Under the pieces are notes generated by a model. The model did no database searches. It was not told where the DNA came from and worked only from the letters and a program-made list of their open reading frames with translations. From an uncultured Candidatus Peribacteria bacterium (GTDB lineage: Bacteria; Patescibacteriota; Gracilibacteria; GCA-2401425; JAJOLG01), in contig CAYWBW010000004.1 in NCBI GenBank assembly GCA_964456745.1, positions 39,483-103,482 on the forward strand: DNA of 64,000 bases, given 5' to 3'. The number at the start of each line of letters is the position of its first letter. Positions within the stretch are counted from its first letter, which is position 1. Below, piece after piece: positions 36,423 through 49,209 of this stretch. Made by a program: the position numbers and the translations under genes.

Positions 36423-37802
36423 ATGTTTAAGATAATAACTTTCTTTATCATTTTTTGACTATGACTATCATTTTGACATCAATATAGTTCAGAAATTTGA
36501 TCAATATGTAATTGACTATCTTTATGTGAACAAACAGAGGCACAAACCATATTAAATGATCAAAACATAGACCATGAAAAAACTGATAAATCTGAGGATA
36601 AAAATAACAAGGACAGGATATGACTTGATAAATTTTGGAAAGTATACAAAATCCTTGAATCAAAAGCTGTTGAACAATGAAAATTAGATGACTTAAAACA
36701 CATAGAAGATTCTGTTATTGCATGATTAGTAAGATCTCTGGATGATCCATACTCTTTATATATGAGCGAACAAGACAATAAAAATTTTAAAGAAGACCTT
36801 GCATGAAATTTTCAATGAATTTGAGCAGAACTTCAGATGAAAAATGAACTTGTTACAGTTGTTTCCCCTCTGGTAGACTCTCCTGCAATCAAAGCGGGCT
36901 TAAGACCTCAAGATATAATATTAAAAGTAGATGAGGAAGACATAAACGGGTGGTCACTTAGCGATGTAGTAAAAATTATTAGATGACCAAAATGAGAAGA
37001 GGTTGTATTATCAATAATGAGAAAATGAGAAAATGGCCTGATTGATATTAAAATAATAAGAGATATTATCCACATAAACTCTGTTAAATATGAACTAAAA
37101 AATGGAACAGGGGAAGCAATTGCATACATTTCTGTAAACCAGTTTTGAGATTCTACAGTTAGAGAATATTTTGAAGCCTTAAAAAAAGCAGAGGAAGATA
37201 ACATAACTTGAATAATTCTTGATTTAAGATATAATGGATGATGATATTTAGACTGATCGATTGTTCTATCATCTCCATTTTTAGAAAATTCAAGTTTAGT
37301 TACAAATATTAAAAGTAAAAATTGAAGTGAGAATAAAATGACAATCAATTTTGAAAGTAAGTTAAAAAGTTTGCCAATTGTAGTGCTTATCAACTGATGA
37401 TCAGCATCTGCTTCAGAAATAGTAGCCTGAGCTCTGAGAGATCACAAAAGAGCAATATTATTGTGAAGTAAATCATTTTGAAAATGAACTGTACAAGAAC
37501 TTGTTTCACTTCCATGAAAATCTTCAGTAAGAATAACAACTGCAAAATGGTTTACTCCAAATTGACAAAATATTCACAAATCATGAATAACACCAGATAT
37601 AGAAATTCCTAGAAATTATGAAGATATTTCAAACTGAGATGATGCTCAAATCAATAAAGCAATTGAAACTCTTCTTCAGTGAGATTTTAATAAATATTTT
37701 GATCTAAAAATATCCCTAACATGAAGTTCAATTTTAAAATATGACTCAAGCTGAGCAGTCGTTACTCAAGACGGTAGCTGATCAGTTTTAAATGATGAAT
37801 AA
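36423..37802 (+). CDS. ctpA: S41 C-terminal processing peptidase with PDZ domain (459 aa)
   Basis: N-terminal anchor, then PDZ (GIGAELQMKNELVTVVSPLVDSPAIKAGLRPQDIILKVD). Has ILDLRYNGGG, catalytic GGSASASEIVAGAL and SFGKGTVQ. Confidence 0.85.
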
Positions 37803-38924
37803 TTAAATATTTAGATAATTTTCATATATTAAATTTGTATACCTGTCTGTCATTCAGGAAATATAATCAGCTACGCAACGAGCTAGTGAATCTGTATCAA
37901 CACGTTTCTTATATTTCTCAGGCATTTTATCCCTATTTTTTATAAAATAATCAAAAAGAAACTTGATTTCATTTTGTCATTTTTCCATTTTTTTAATTAT
38001 AAATTTATTATTATAATAATAAGTAAATAAAAAATCTCTAAGTTCTTTAATTCCTAAGAAAAATCTATCTGAAAACTTAATCAAAACTATCTTGGATTTC
38101 TCAACATCAATTTGAGATTTAATTCAATTTGTTGTAAGTAACTTATTGCTATTTATTAACAAATCCTCAATCATTATTCAAAGTAAGTTTCAAATTACTC
38201 TTCTATAAAGCGATTTATCAATGTGATTCTTGCCGAGCTTTTCAAGTGATTGTTTTCAAATTTCTAAAGCCTCAAGTTGATCAACTCTAATAAGATCAGA
38301 TCTTATTGCATCATCTAAATCACTGGAAAGATAAGCAATTTGGTCTGCTATATTAACAACCTGAGCCTCAAGATATGGGAGCGCTCCTTGCTCAAATCAA
38401 CTTTTATTATCATGCTTTCAAAGTCACTCTAAAAGCTCGTAAGACAAATTTAAACCATCATAGTCATCGGATCTAGACTCTAAAAACTCTACTATTCTCC
38501 TTGATTGAATATTATGCTCAAATCTTAATCAATATTCAGCAAGACAATTATCTAAAGCATATTGTCAGGCATGCCCATAAGGTGTATGTCATAAATCATG
38601 ACATTTTGCAATAAGGTCAATTAAATCCTGATTTAATCAAAGAGATCTTGCAATACCCCTTCAGACCTGCTCAACTTCATTGGTATGGATAAACCTATTT
38701 CTAACATGATCTCTTGAAGTTGTACTTGGAAATACTTGAGTTTTTCTTGCAAGTCTTCTATACGACTTTGAATGCAAAACCCTATCTCTGTCAATCTGAA
38801 AACAAGTTCTAAACTCATCCTTTTCTTCAGAAAAAACTCTTCACTTGCTATTTTTTGACAAAAAAGCATATGTAGCTAAAGTCCTTTCTTCAATATCTTC
38901 AATATCCTTTCTATAATAAATCAT
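37803..38924 (-). CDS. dgt: dGTP triphosphohydrolase-like HD-domain protein (373 aa)
   Basis: Has [52 protein letters not shown] and ADYISGMTDRY. Confidence 0.85.
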
Positions 38925-38988
38925 AATATATTTAACAACTTGATTAAAAGCAATTTTCAATTATTGTCAAAGTAAATTTAGAAAGCAA

Positions 38989-39447
38989 ATGATTAAAAAA
39001 TTTAATATAAAACTTATCTTATTCACTTCTTGATTTGTAATTGCAGATTTATTGAGCAAGATATTCGCAAAAAAATATCTTGTTTATTGAGATTTACAAC
39101 TAATATTTTGAACAAAATTCTCCCTAGCATACAATGAGTGAATAGCATTTTCAATTCCAATTAAGTGAATGATTCAAATCATATTAAGCTTTGTTTTTTT
39201 GTGAATTTTTATTTTATATGCACAAAAGCATTGGAATTTAAAAAAACCTATTGCCAATTTAGCTATCAGCCTAATATTCGGATGAGCTATTTGAAATTTA
39301 TATGAAAGGATTTTATTTTGAAAAGTTACTGATTTTATTTCAATATTTTCTTGGTATCCAACATTTAATTTGGCAGATAGTTTTATATTTATTTGAGTAA
39401 TATTGATATTATTTTTTGAGAAACATTTTAAGAAACTTCTTAGCTAA
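38989..39447 (+). CDS. lspA: lipoprotein signal peptidase II (152 aa)
   Basis: Has LAYNEGIAFS, GGAIGNLYERI and FNLADSFI. Four hydrophobic helices. Confidence 0.8.
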
Positions 39448-40107
39448 ATCTAAAGCCATTTTTTGATCAATAAAAAGAGGAGACATAGCAACGGTGATTA
39501 AGCTAGCTTTTGTGGAAAGTTTAGAAATAATTTCCCAAATTCGATTATGACTTATTAAAGTTTGTTCTGGTGCAAAAATATCAAGGTCAATGTTAAGGAT
39601 GAAATCAAATGTAAAACACTCTCATCTAAAATCTCTAATATATTTATCAAAATTTTCAAAATCTTTAGTTTCACAAAGAGAAATATGATTTTCTTGTATC
39701 CAATTTTGATCCTTTGCCCATTTGATATAATCACAAACCCTTAAATCCTTTTCATAATCTAAAACATCTCAATAATCAGATTCATCTCTATGTTGATCAA
39801 TGTGAACTAATTTTAAATTGCTACTTTTATAGTAACTCCATGCTTCTAGTGACCTGTTGTGATTATCTGATACAAACACAGGGCATTGCCCGCTCAAAAT
39901 CCATAAATGCACATTCAGTCCAATTGATTGAACAAGTTCTCAATTATCAATGTCTGAAAAAACTATTCTATCTCAGAGCTGCAGATCTTCAACATCTCAA
40001 ATTTTAACTCCTGGAACCCAGATTTCTTTTCATTGAACAAATCAAAATGAATTATTTCATCTATTTTCATTAAGAAAAAATCATTTCTTTTCTATAAATT
40101 TCTTCAT
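39409..40107 (-). CDS. UPF0489/arginase-fold (ureohydrolase-like) protein (232 aa)
   Basis: 699-nt ORF. Has SDNHNRSLEAW, LVHIDQHRDE and NIDLDIFAP, resembling the metal-ligand motifs of the arginase/UPF0489 fold. Its 3' end overlaps the lspA 3' end by 39 nt. Confidence 0.5.
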
Positions 40108-40201
40108 AATTATTATTCGTGCTTTTATCGATTCTGCACATTTTATTACAGTTATAACTGTGCATTTCTACATATTACACATCTCTTTATTATATTATAT
40201 A

Positions 40202-41293
40202 TTACTGAATTATACAATTTTCAATTTTGATTTTTAATTCCTTAATTCAAATCTTATTGATAGCAGAAATCATAGACGGACAAAATTTCTTATATTTCTT
40301 TAAAAATGTTTTAGTTTTAATATTTTTTATTAAGTCAATTTTATTACACACAAATAAAATCTTTTTATCCAAGACTCACAATTTATTTAATATTTCATGA
40401 ACAACTTTAATTTTTCTATCTTTTTGTAAATCAGAATAATCAATTACATGTAGAACAAGGTCTGCATGTATTGTCTCATCTAAAGTTGACTTAAAAGCAT
40501 CAATAAGACCAGGTGGCAAATCTTGTATAAATCAAATAGTATCTGAAACAAGGCATTTAGATCAAGATATTGGTAAAAACAAATCTCAAATTCTAGTATC
40601 CAAAGTAGCAAAAAGTTCATCTTTTATTTTGACTCATTTTCAAGTCAAGCTTAATAGAGTTTGTGATTTTCAGGCATTTGTGTATCAAACAATAGCTACT
40701 GTTTTTAATCACCTCCTTTCTCTATTTTTTCGGTACAATTCATGCCTATTTCATATTTTTTTTAATTTATCTTTAATTTTCTTCTCTCATAGTGCTAAAT
40801 GACGTTTCATCACCTCTGTATTCGTCTCCCCTTTTCACCTTGTTCAAATTCAACCAGCTTGTTTTGAAAGCTCAAGTCACATTCAAAAAATCCTTGGTCA
40901 CAATTGTCTTATTGCAGCTAATTCAATTTGCAATCTTGACTCTGATGTCATAGCATGCTTTTCAAAAATCTTAAGAATAAGATCTACTCTTGTCCAAATT
41001 TTTATGGAGTATTTATCAAAAATCCACTCAAGATTAAAAAGCTGTTTGCTTTTCAAGTTATTATTAATAATAATGAGTTTTGATCAAGTTCTTAAAGCAT
41101 CATCTTTAATCTCTTCTAGTTTTCATTTTCATATAAAAGTTGAATAATCAGGAATAATTCTTCTTTGGATCTTTTTAATTATTACAAATCATCAATAAGT
41201 ATTAACCAAATTCTCAGATTCAATCATCCTTTCTTTTGCCTCTTTTTTAGAAAGCTTTGGACTAATTATATCAATAATTATTACTTTTCTCAT
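40202..41293 (-). CDS. hflX: GTPase HflX (363 aa)
   Basis: Has N-terminal HflX domain, GTRGKGETNTEV, G1 VGYTNAGKS, TLDT and NKID. Confidence 0.85.
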
Positions 41294-41309
41294 TGTAAAT
41301 ATTAAATTC

Positions 41310-44300
41310 TTAAGAAATTTTAGCACAACATTCACAGGTTTGCTTTCAACATCAGTCAAATTTCAAATTTTGTATTGATTTGTATACATCAACAATTTGC
41401 ATCTTCATTTCATCTACTTCATCTGATTCAATTCAAATTCTTATTTTTTTATACTTTCAATCTCTTCACTCTACAAAATCTATTTCTCACTCTTTCATGA
41501 CATATTTAGAAGAAAAATCATGATCAAGTGAAGTAAGAATTTTATAAAAAACCAACTGTTTTTTAATTTTTCAATCACTAGTGGCTGTATTTCATAAAAC
41601 CTCATTTTCAGACTTAATCCTTCAAGTTTTGTAATCTATTACTCTTACCGACTTAAGTATTCAATTAGATCAATCATTAATTAATTCGATTTTATCAATT
41701 TTTCATGTCAAAATTGCGTCATCAAGTCTAACATTTCTTGCATAAAAACTCAATTCTACTCATAGTGGTTTTTCAAAATCTTGCTTGTATTCTTCTAAAT
41801 ATCATTTCAATCATTCATATCATATTTCTTTAATCTCATTGCTCTCATCAATTGTAAGAACTTCTTTCAATAAAGCTGCATCAAAAAAATCACAAATCGC
41901 TTTATAACTTAACAAATCTCAATTGTTCTTGAAATGTAAAAAATATCTTTCCAAAGCCTTGTGAAATGCAGTTCATAAAACCATAGCTTTATTTTTTGCC
42001 TCAGGTATTTTAAGTAGATACTTATTTTTAAACCTTAATGGACAATCCAAATAAACGCTAAAAGAAGTAAAAGACAATTTAAAATCAATTAGTCATAGTT
42101 TTAAATATTCTTCTTCTGATGCATTATCAATATTAGAAATAGGAGAAAAATTGTTCATAAAATAATTCTCTTGATCTTCTATATTTAGAACAAAATTACA
42201 TTTTTTAAAATTATCCAATCAAATCTCAGAAATAAACTGAGACGGTACAACTTGCTTTTCAGATATTTCAGAAATAATCTTTTTAGAAAATGAAATATAA
42301 CATCTCTTTTTAGATCTTGTGATTGCTACAAAGAAAAGTCTTCTCTCTTCTTCGTTTAACAACTTAGCAGAACTTAATTCAAGAAAATCGTTAGTGTTAA
42401 TACTTTTTTTGTCATCAAAACTCGGAAACATAGGTAATTTAATTTTATCAAATGATCTTCTATTTCCCCATTTTTTATCAACACAAGATAAAATAAAACA
42501 ATAATTAAATTCTAAACCTTTTGACTTATGTGCAGTCATAATATTTACTCACGATAGAGCTGTTTCAAATCAAGTTTCTCCAATCTTAATTCAAAACTGT
42601 TGAAAAGTGTCAATTATCTCCAAAAAACCCTTTATTTTTAAATTTTGATCAATTTGATTAAAGCTCTTTATTTTGTTAAATAAAGTATTGATTTTATTTA
42701 AAGCACTAATTGATCACTCAGACATAACAAAATCTAAAACTCAAGATTTTTTGAGAAAAAACTCAAAAAACTTATAAAAAGTCTCCTTTGCTAAAATTAT
42801 CTTAAACTGCTCTATTAAAGCTACAAAATCATCAATTTTTTCCCTTTTAGATAAATCTAATTTATCTAAAACTTCATCATTAGTAATTATATCAAAATAA
42901 TGCTTTGGCCATTTTAAACTGTGGTTTATATTAGATAAATGATTTGAAATCTTATAAAGATCAATCTGACCTATTCAGGTAAATGGTAATGACATAGTAT
43001 AATAAAGAGCTTCATCATTAAAAGGATTATCAATAATCTTCAAATAATCAATAATAATCTGAACAAACTTGCTAATCAAAACATTTTCACCTCAAGAAAA
43101 ATTTACATCAATTTTATTTTTAATTAAAAAACTCGCCACTTGTTCAACTTCAGCATTAGACCTAAGAAATATTGCAATTTCATCCAACTTAGCTCAAGTA
43201 CTAAGAAGGGATTTAATTTCTTTCAGTATAAACACCTTTTCTTCTTGATCATTTTCAGATTCATTTAATAATATTTTATCTCATACTCCACTATTTGACT
43301 TAAGAGATTTTTCAATATTTGAATCAAAATTTTCAAGTCTAACAATTCCATGGCCGATTAAACTATAAGATCAATCTAAAATTTCTTGAGTAGACCTATA
43401 ATTTTGCTTCAATACAATTTTCTCCAAATCTTTAAAATGTTGTTCAAAAAATAATATATTCTCCACACAAGCTCATTGAAATCTATAAATTGACTGATCA
43501 TCATCTCAAACGGCAAAAACATTCGGACTCTGCTCAAAGGCATAAGAAGTAAGAAGCATTACAATCTCATTTTGTGCTGAATTTGTATCTTGATACTCAT
43601 CAATTAGAATATATTGATATTTTTCTTGAAAAAATGCTAAAAGATCAGAATCAGATTTAAATTTATTCACTACAAATAGAATCATATCTTCAAAGTCATA
43701 CTTTCAATCTATTTTTATTGTCTCTTGATATTTTGAATACACATCCAAAAGCTCTAATAATTTAAAAATGTTTTTTTCTAACTTATCCCACTTTTTCAGC
43801 CTCACTCAAGTTTTTTTATTATAAGTTAAGCCTGACTTAAAGTTATTGCTTTCATTTTCAATGAGGTCCTCAAATCATTTCACACTCACGTCTTCCCTTT
43901 TAAGATCTGATATTGCTTTAATAATATATGGGACGTAATAATATTTATTTCAAAAAGTTGTAAGATGATTGTATTTTCAATTATCAATTATTCATTTTAA
44001 AATTTGAATTTTTTCAAAATCATCAATTTGACTAAGATTTCGAGCAAATAAAAATTTCTCTGTAAAACTTCAAATAACCTCATTACAAAAAGAATGAAAA
44101 GTGTGAACACTAACTTGATAAGAATCTACTCATATAATTTCAAGGAGTCTTTGTTTTATTGCATAAACTCCAGAATCGGTAAATGTCAAGGCAAGAATGT
44201 TGTTTGGTAAAACATCTCATGCCTTTAACAAAATATTTGCAATTCGCATTGCTATGATTTCTGTTTTTCAAGTTCATGGACCAGCAATTACTAACACAGG

Positions 44301-44375
44301 TCAATTAATAGTATTCACAGCTTTAATCTGATCAGAATTTAAACGAGAAAGTCGATTGTTGAAAACTTTATTCAT
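41310..44375 (-). CDS. UvrD/PcrA-type superfamily-1 helicase fused to a C-terminal Cas4/AddB-like PD-(D/E)XK nuclease with 4-Cys cluster (1021 aa)
   Basis: 3066-nt ORF. Helicase motifs: AGPGTGKTE, LTFTDSGV, ILIDEYQDTN, FAVGDDDQSIYRFQGA, QNYRST, MTAHKSKGLEF and RRLFFVAITRSKK. Nuclease motifs: LDCPLRFKNKY, GKIDKIE, VIDYKTG, QLVFYKIL and C-terminal GCGKQTCECC. Confidence 0.85.
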
Positions 44376-44513
44376 AAAAGCTAAATCAATAATAAAATAA
44401 AAAGCTTTTTTTAAAATAGCATTCTTTTGTTTTTATAGCCAATTTTTTTAATATAATTTAGTAAAATTAGAAAATAATTATATTCGGAAATAAATTTTTA
44501 ATTTAAATAACAA

Positions 44514-47500
44514 ATGAGATACAATATAAAAATAAACAAATTATTATCATCAATATCATTTGCTTGCAGCATAATCTTTATATCAATCATCACAACTGCA
44601 AGCATATCTGCAGAAGAGATTGAAGATAGTAATGTAGAAAATAAACCTGTTATTTCCAAAATTCAAGCACAATATATAAATAACCAATGAGAACTTTTTA
44701 TTTATTGAAGTAATTTTTGAAAAGAAGAAAGCGATATTGTTCTTTCACTTAAGCCTGAATGAAAGGATGAAATTATAATTAATATAGAATGAGTTTATAA
44801 CAGTATTATTAATTCTAATATATTAGAATCTTTTGATAATTGAGAAATAACAGTAAAGATAAAGGATTGAAGCTGAGCAATTGCATCATCAAATTCTGTA
44901 TTTTTTGATTTCAAACTCCCAAATATAAGTAAAATTTACACAGAAAATGTTCTTTGACCATGAGAATATATAACTATTGAATGAGAAAATTTTAGAAAAC
45001 CAAGTTATTGAACAATGTGATGAAATAAGTACATATGTGAAGATGAATCATCAACACTTTGTAAATTTAAAATTCCAGCAAATGAAGATGTTAATTGAAA
45101 AATATGAATAAGCTCATTTTGATTTAATGATGAGAGTGAATATGAATTATCAAATAACAAAGTCCCCGATATAGATATTTTATGAACATCATCAAACCTT
45201 TTTGTAGCAAAAATAAACAATTTTGACTTCAAACAACTAAGAGAAATACCAGAAACAGAAAAAGAGCAAGAAGCCAATAAACGTAAGACAAGAAGCTGAA
45301 TAAAAATGATAATTGATTGAAAAGACTTTAGCGATTGTGAAATAAATACACTAAATGAATTATCTTGTATTTGAGATAGCTCAATCTATTATAAATGAGT
45401 ATGATATGTTGAAATATTTTGAGCAAAAAGTGCATTATTTCCTTATGAAATCCATAGCATGCCACTTGTAACAAACTATAAAACATACAGAAAATGGTGA
45501 ACAGTTCAAACAAGAGATCCTTCAAATAATGAATCCTTAATCATAAAAGGCAATATTCTTCATTTTGAAATATGACTTATTAATTTTAATTATTCAAAGA
45601 AAAATAATTTATCAATATTTATTGATTGAAAAGAGTACTCCTTATCTGACAAGAATTTAACATTAGAAAAAAAGAAAGCAATAATAAAATTAAATCAACT
45701 ACCAGATGATCAATGAGAAATATATTTGACCAATAAATCCGAATCAATACTTGATGCAAGCGAAGGAATCGAAGTGAAATCAAATATTATTCCATATGAT
45801 ATCTGAAAATATCTACCAGAAATCTATGAAATATCCACAACTGGCAATGATAATGAATTTTATATCACATGAAATAACCTAACTAATTTTGATAACCTAA
45901 AAACAATAGTTAATTTTTGAGACCTGGATCTTTCTAGCGATGCAATAGAAAAAATAGCCGAAGAACAAAAAGAAGATAATATAAAAAAAATAAAAAAAGC
46001 AGAGGACGAGCTTGCAAATGCAACATGAAATGATAGAAAAGATCTACAATATCTTATTAGTTCTTTAAAATCTATAAACGATGATATTAATAATTGAATA
46101 TACGAAAAATCAATTTCTCAAAAAGCACTTAAAATATGAGAAATAGTTACTAAATCAGACGAAAAAATTATTTTCAAAGCCTTTGATAAAGATGAATATT
46201 GAAAAACTATAGAAAAATGAGAATATGAAGTTTATGTAAATTCCAATTGAAAAAATTCGAATAAAATTAATTTTTTCTTTAATCCAGCAGCTGATACAAA
46301 CATATCCTATCCCTATCCAACGATTGAAAAAATTGACTTTATAAATTGAGCTTGAGACACAAGCAAGATAAAACTTAAATGACAATTTTTACAATTTGTA
46401 AAAGAGATATATTTATGAGATGAAAAAGTCTCAATACTAACTTCATCAAATGACTCAATCGTATTAGAAATCCCAGATTATGTCCAAAAGAAATGACCAA
46501 TAACTGCGAAGCTTATTAATAATAAACTCACTAACACACTGTACGTATATGAATTCTATGACGACATTAGCAACCAGATAGACATAAGTTGGAAAAAAAT
46601 AGATATGATTGAAAATGAAAATGAAGATGCAGATCCTGAGGCAGTCCTTGTTATAAAAAATTTATATAAGAATGCAATCATTAAAAGTTTAAAATTATTT
46701 GTTAGCTCTGATCTTTATGAAAATGACAAGCTTCCATTTTATCAAATCGCATTAGAACAAGATAATACTCACTTGGCAGATTGATTGTTTGAAAACAATA
46801 ATTTAATACTATTTGAAAATAGTGAACTAGAAAAAGCTATTGAAATTGATGAAAATAATAATGTTGAACTGTTGATAGATTTTATTGAAGTAGATAGGGC
46901 ATATTGAGATTATAAAATTAAGCTTATTGACATAGAATTTTATGATGAAAGCCAAATACCAAACCTGATACCGGCATCAAAAATTAAGTATGAAAAAGAA
47001 CCTTTCTATTACGTAATTAAATCTGGTGATTCAAAACTATGTATTGAAAAAATTGAATCAGACAAGTGGTTGAAATGCTGAGAAAGTCAATGGCTAACTT
47101 GATATGAAAATTGAATATTTGAACAAGAGGCATTTAAATCTGTAATAGCTCCTAAAAAGGATACAAAAAGAAGAGCTTTATTTTCCGATCTTCATACTAG
47201 CTATTGGTACTATGAATATGTACAAGACCTTTATCAAAGGGGAATAATAGAGGGGTACGTAGATAGAAGCTTTAGATGATGAAAGAATATTACAAGATGA
47301 GAAGCAATAAAAATGTTAATAACTACAATATGAGAAATAGTGCCAGAATATAACAAATCAGTAGAATCATTTGCATTTGAAGACATAGATGAAAACTATT
47401 GGTGAAAAGACATGCTTGAATATGCAGTAAGAAGAGAATTTCTTAGACCATCTAGGAATTTTAGACCAAATAAATACATTAGCCGTGCAGAATCAGCCAA

Positions 47501-47720
47501 ACTTATTATTAAATTTTTTGGAAGAAGCGTTCAAGATTCTTCGAATAATTATTTTAATGACACTTCCGACCACTGGGTTAGACCATATTCACAATACCTC
47601 TATGAAAATAAGATAGTATCCTGAGTATCTAACAAAAATATATTTAATCCTGAATGATTGCTAACTAGAGCAGAATTCTCTAAAATGATAAGTAAGTCAA
47701 TTTCATTATGGGCTGAATAG
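44514..47720 (+). CDS. large secreted surface protein with three C-terminal SLH (S-layer homology) domains (1068 aa)
   Basis: 3207-nt ORF and signal peptide. The C-terminal 190 aa contain three SLH-like repeats (FSDLHTSYWYYEYVQDLYQRGII.GY, FEDIDENYWGKDMLEYAVRREFL, FNDTSDHWVRPYSQYLYENKIVSG, each followed by (T/S)R(G/A)E...K). The N-terminal 870 aa have no recognisable motif. Confidence 0.8.
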
Positions 47721-48112
47721 AAAAATTTAGATTTAGTGAAGTTGTTACTATAATAGTGTCACTACTACTAATATTCTTTGTTGCAAAAATAGTTTACGAT
47801 GACAAAATTCTAAAAGAATATTTGCATGAATTTGAAAAGAAAAATTTAGAAATTGAAGAAAAAAATAGAATACAGAATATTAATTATAAATACTTTGAAA
47901 CACCACAATTTAAAGATCTTTATGCAAAAGAAAATCTTAATCTTCTCAGAACTTGAGAAAAAGCAATGATTATAAAAAAGGAAAAATCAAAAATTGATTT
48001 TATTGAAAAAGCATTTAATCACAAAAAAGAAGAAAACATCGAAAATTACGATATTGTAAAACAATGGGGAATTTATTTTAATATTTATAAAACTGAAAGC
48101 TTGTCTATGTAA
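47708..48112 (+). CDS. small bitopic coiled-coil membrane protein, FtsB/DivIC-like (134 aa)
   Basis: ATG 47708 overlaps the upstream stop by 13 nt. Has TM VVTIIVSLLLIFFVA followed by a charged coiled-coil (KEYLHEFEKKNLEIEEKNR). A GTG alternative start lies at 47756. Confidence 0.4.
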
Positions 48113-49179
48113 GACAATATAAGTCATCACATTTCTTTAGTTCATATTGAACTAGCATTATCAGTACAAATATCTCAAGTTCTATATCAATCTTCTAACA
48201 CATTATAAACGGCCAATTCTATCAATGAAGATTCTTCATATAATCAAAAGGAATGCTTAAGACACATCGCTACAGACAATATTTGAGCTATTGGATTAGC
48301 AACTCATCTTCATGCAATATCAGGAGCTGATCATCACGAAGGTTCATAAAGTCAAAATCAATCACTATTTAAACTAGCTGACGGCATAAGTCATAAAGAT
48401 CAAGGCAAAACAGCTGCTGCATCAGATAGAATATCTCAAAACATATTTGGACAAAGCATTAAGTCAAACTGTGAAGGATTTTTTATTATTTGCATAGCTG
48501 CGTTATCTACTAGCATATGCTCTAAGTAAACATCTTTAAAATCACCTGAAACCTCGGTAACAACTTGTCTCCATAGCTTAGAACTATCTAAAACATTAGC
48601 CTTATCAATTGAAACAAGCTTTTTTTTTCTTTTTTGAGCAGAGACAAAAGCAATCTTTGCAATGTTTTTAATTTGACTTTCGCTATACTCAGCTACATCG
48701 CTTGCAAATCTTTCTCAGTCTACAAGTCTAGTTTCGTGTTTTCAAAAATATATATCTCATATAAGCTCTCTAATTATAAGAATATCTATACCATCTTTTA
48801 ATAAACTATCTTTTAATGGGCATATATTAGTCAAAAATGGATAAACTTTGACAGGACGAAAATTTGCATTAAACTGAAAGGTTTTCCTCAAAGAAAGAAT
48901 TGAATTTTTTTCGCAATCTATCCACCTTTCCTTATCTTGGTCTTTTACAGGTCAACCAACTGATCAAAATAAAATCGCATCTGCACTTTTGCATATTTGC
49001 TTTGTATGATCTGGGAAATGAGTTCCATATTGATCATATGCCTCTCATCAAATCAAAGCTTTCTTATAAGAAAAATCATGATTAAATTTTTCTGCAATTT
49101 TATCAAGAACAGCGATAGCCTCAGCCATAACCTCTTCTCAGATTCAATCTCATGGCAAAATGGCAATAGTTTTTTTCAA
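48085..49179 (-). CDS. leuB: 3-isopropylmalate dehydrogenase (364 aa); TTG start
   Basis: Has [28 protein letters not shown]-like NFRPVK, IIRELIGDIYFG, DKANVL, NMFGDILSD and GLYEPSGGSAPDIAG. TTG 49177-49179 is the first start after an in-frame TAA. Confidence 0.9.
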
Positions 49180-49209
49180 ATTTATATTTTATTTAATAAA
49201 TAATAATTT

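Noticed and set aside
36908-37393. Standard-track ORFs of 117-161 aa on the opposite strand of real genes (36908-37393 minus, 61209-61676 minus, 53754-54107 plus)
   Set aside because: They are antisense shadows inside ctpA, infB and prfA respectively. The sense frames carry strong conserved motifs, and the shadow ORFs have low-complexity, motif-free translations.
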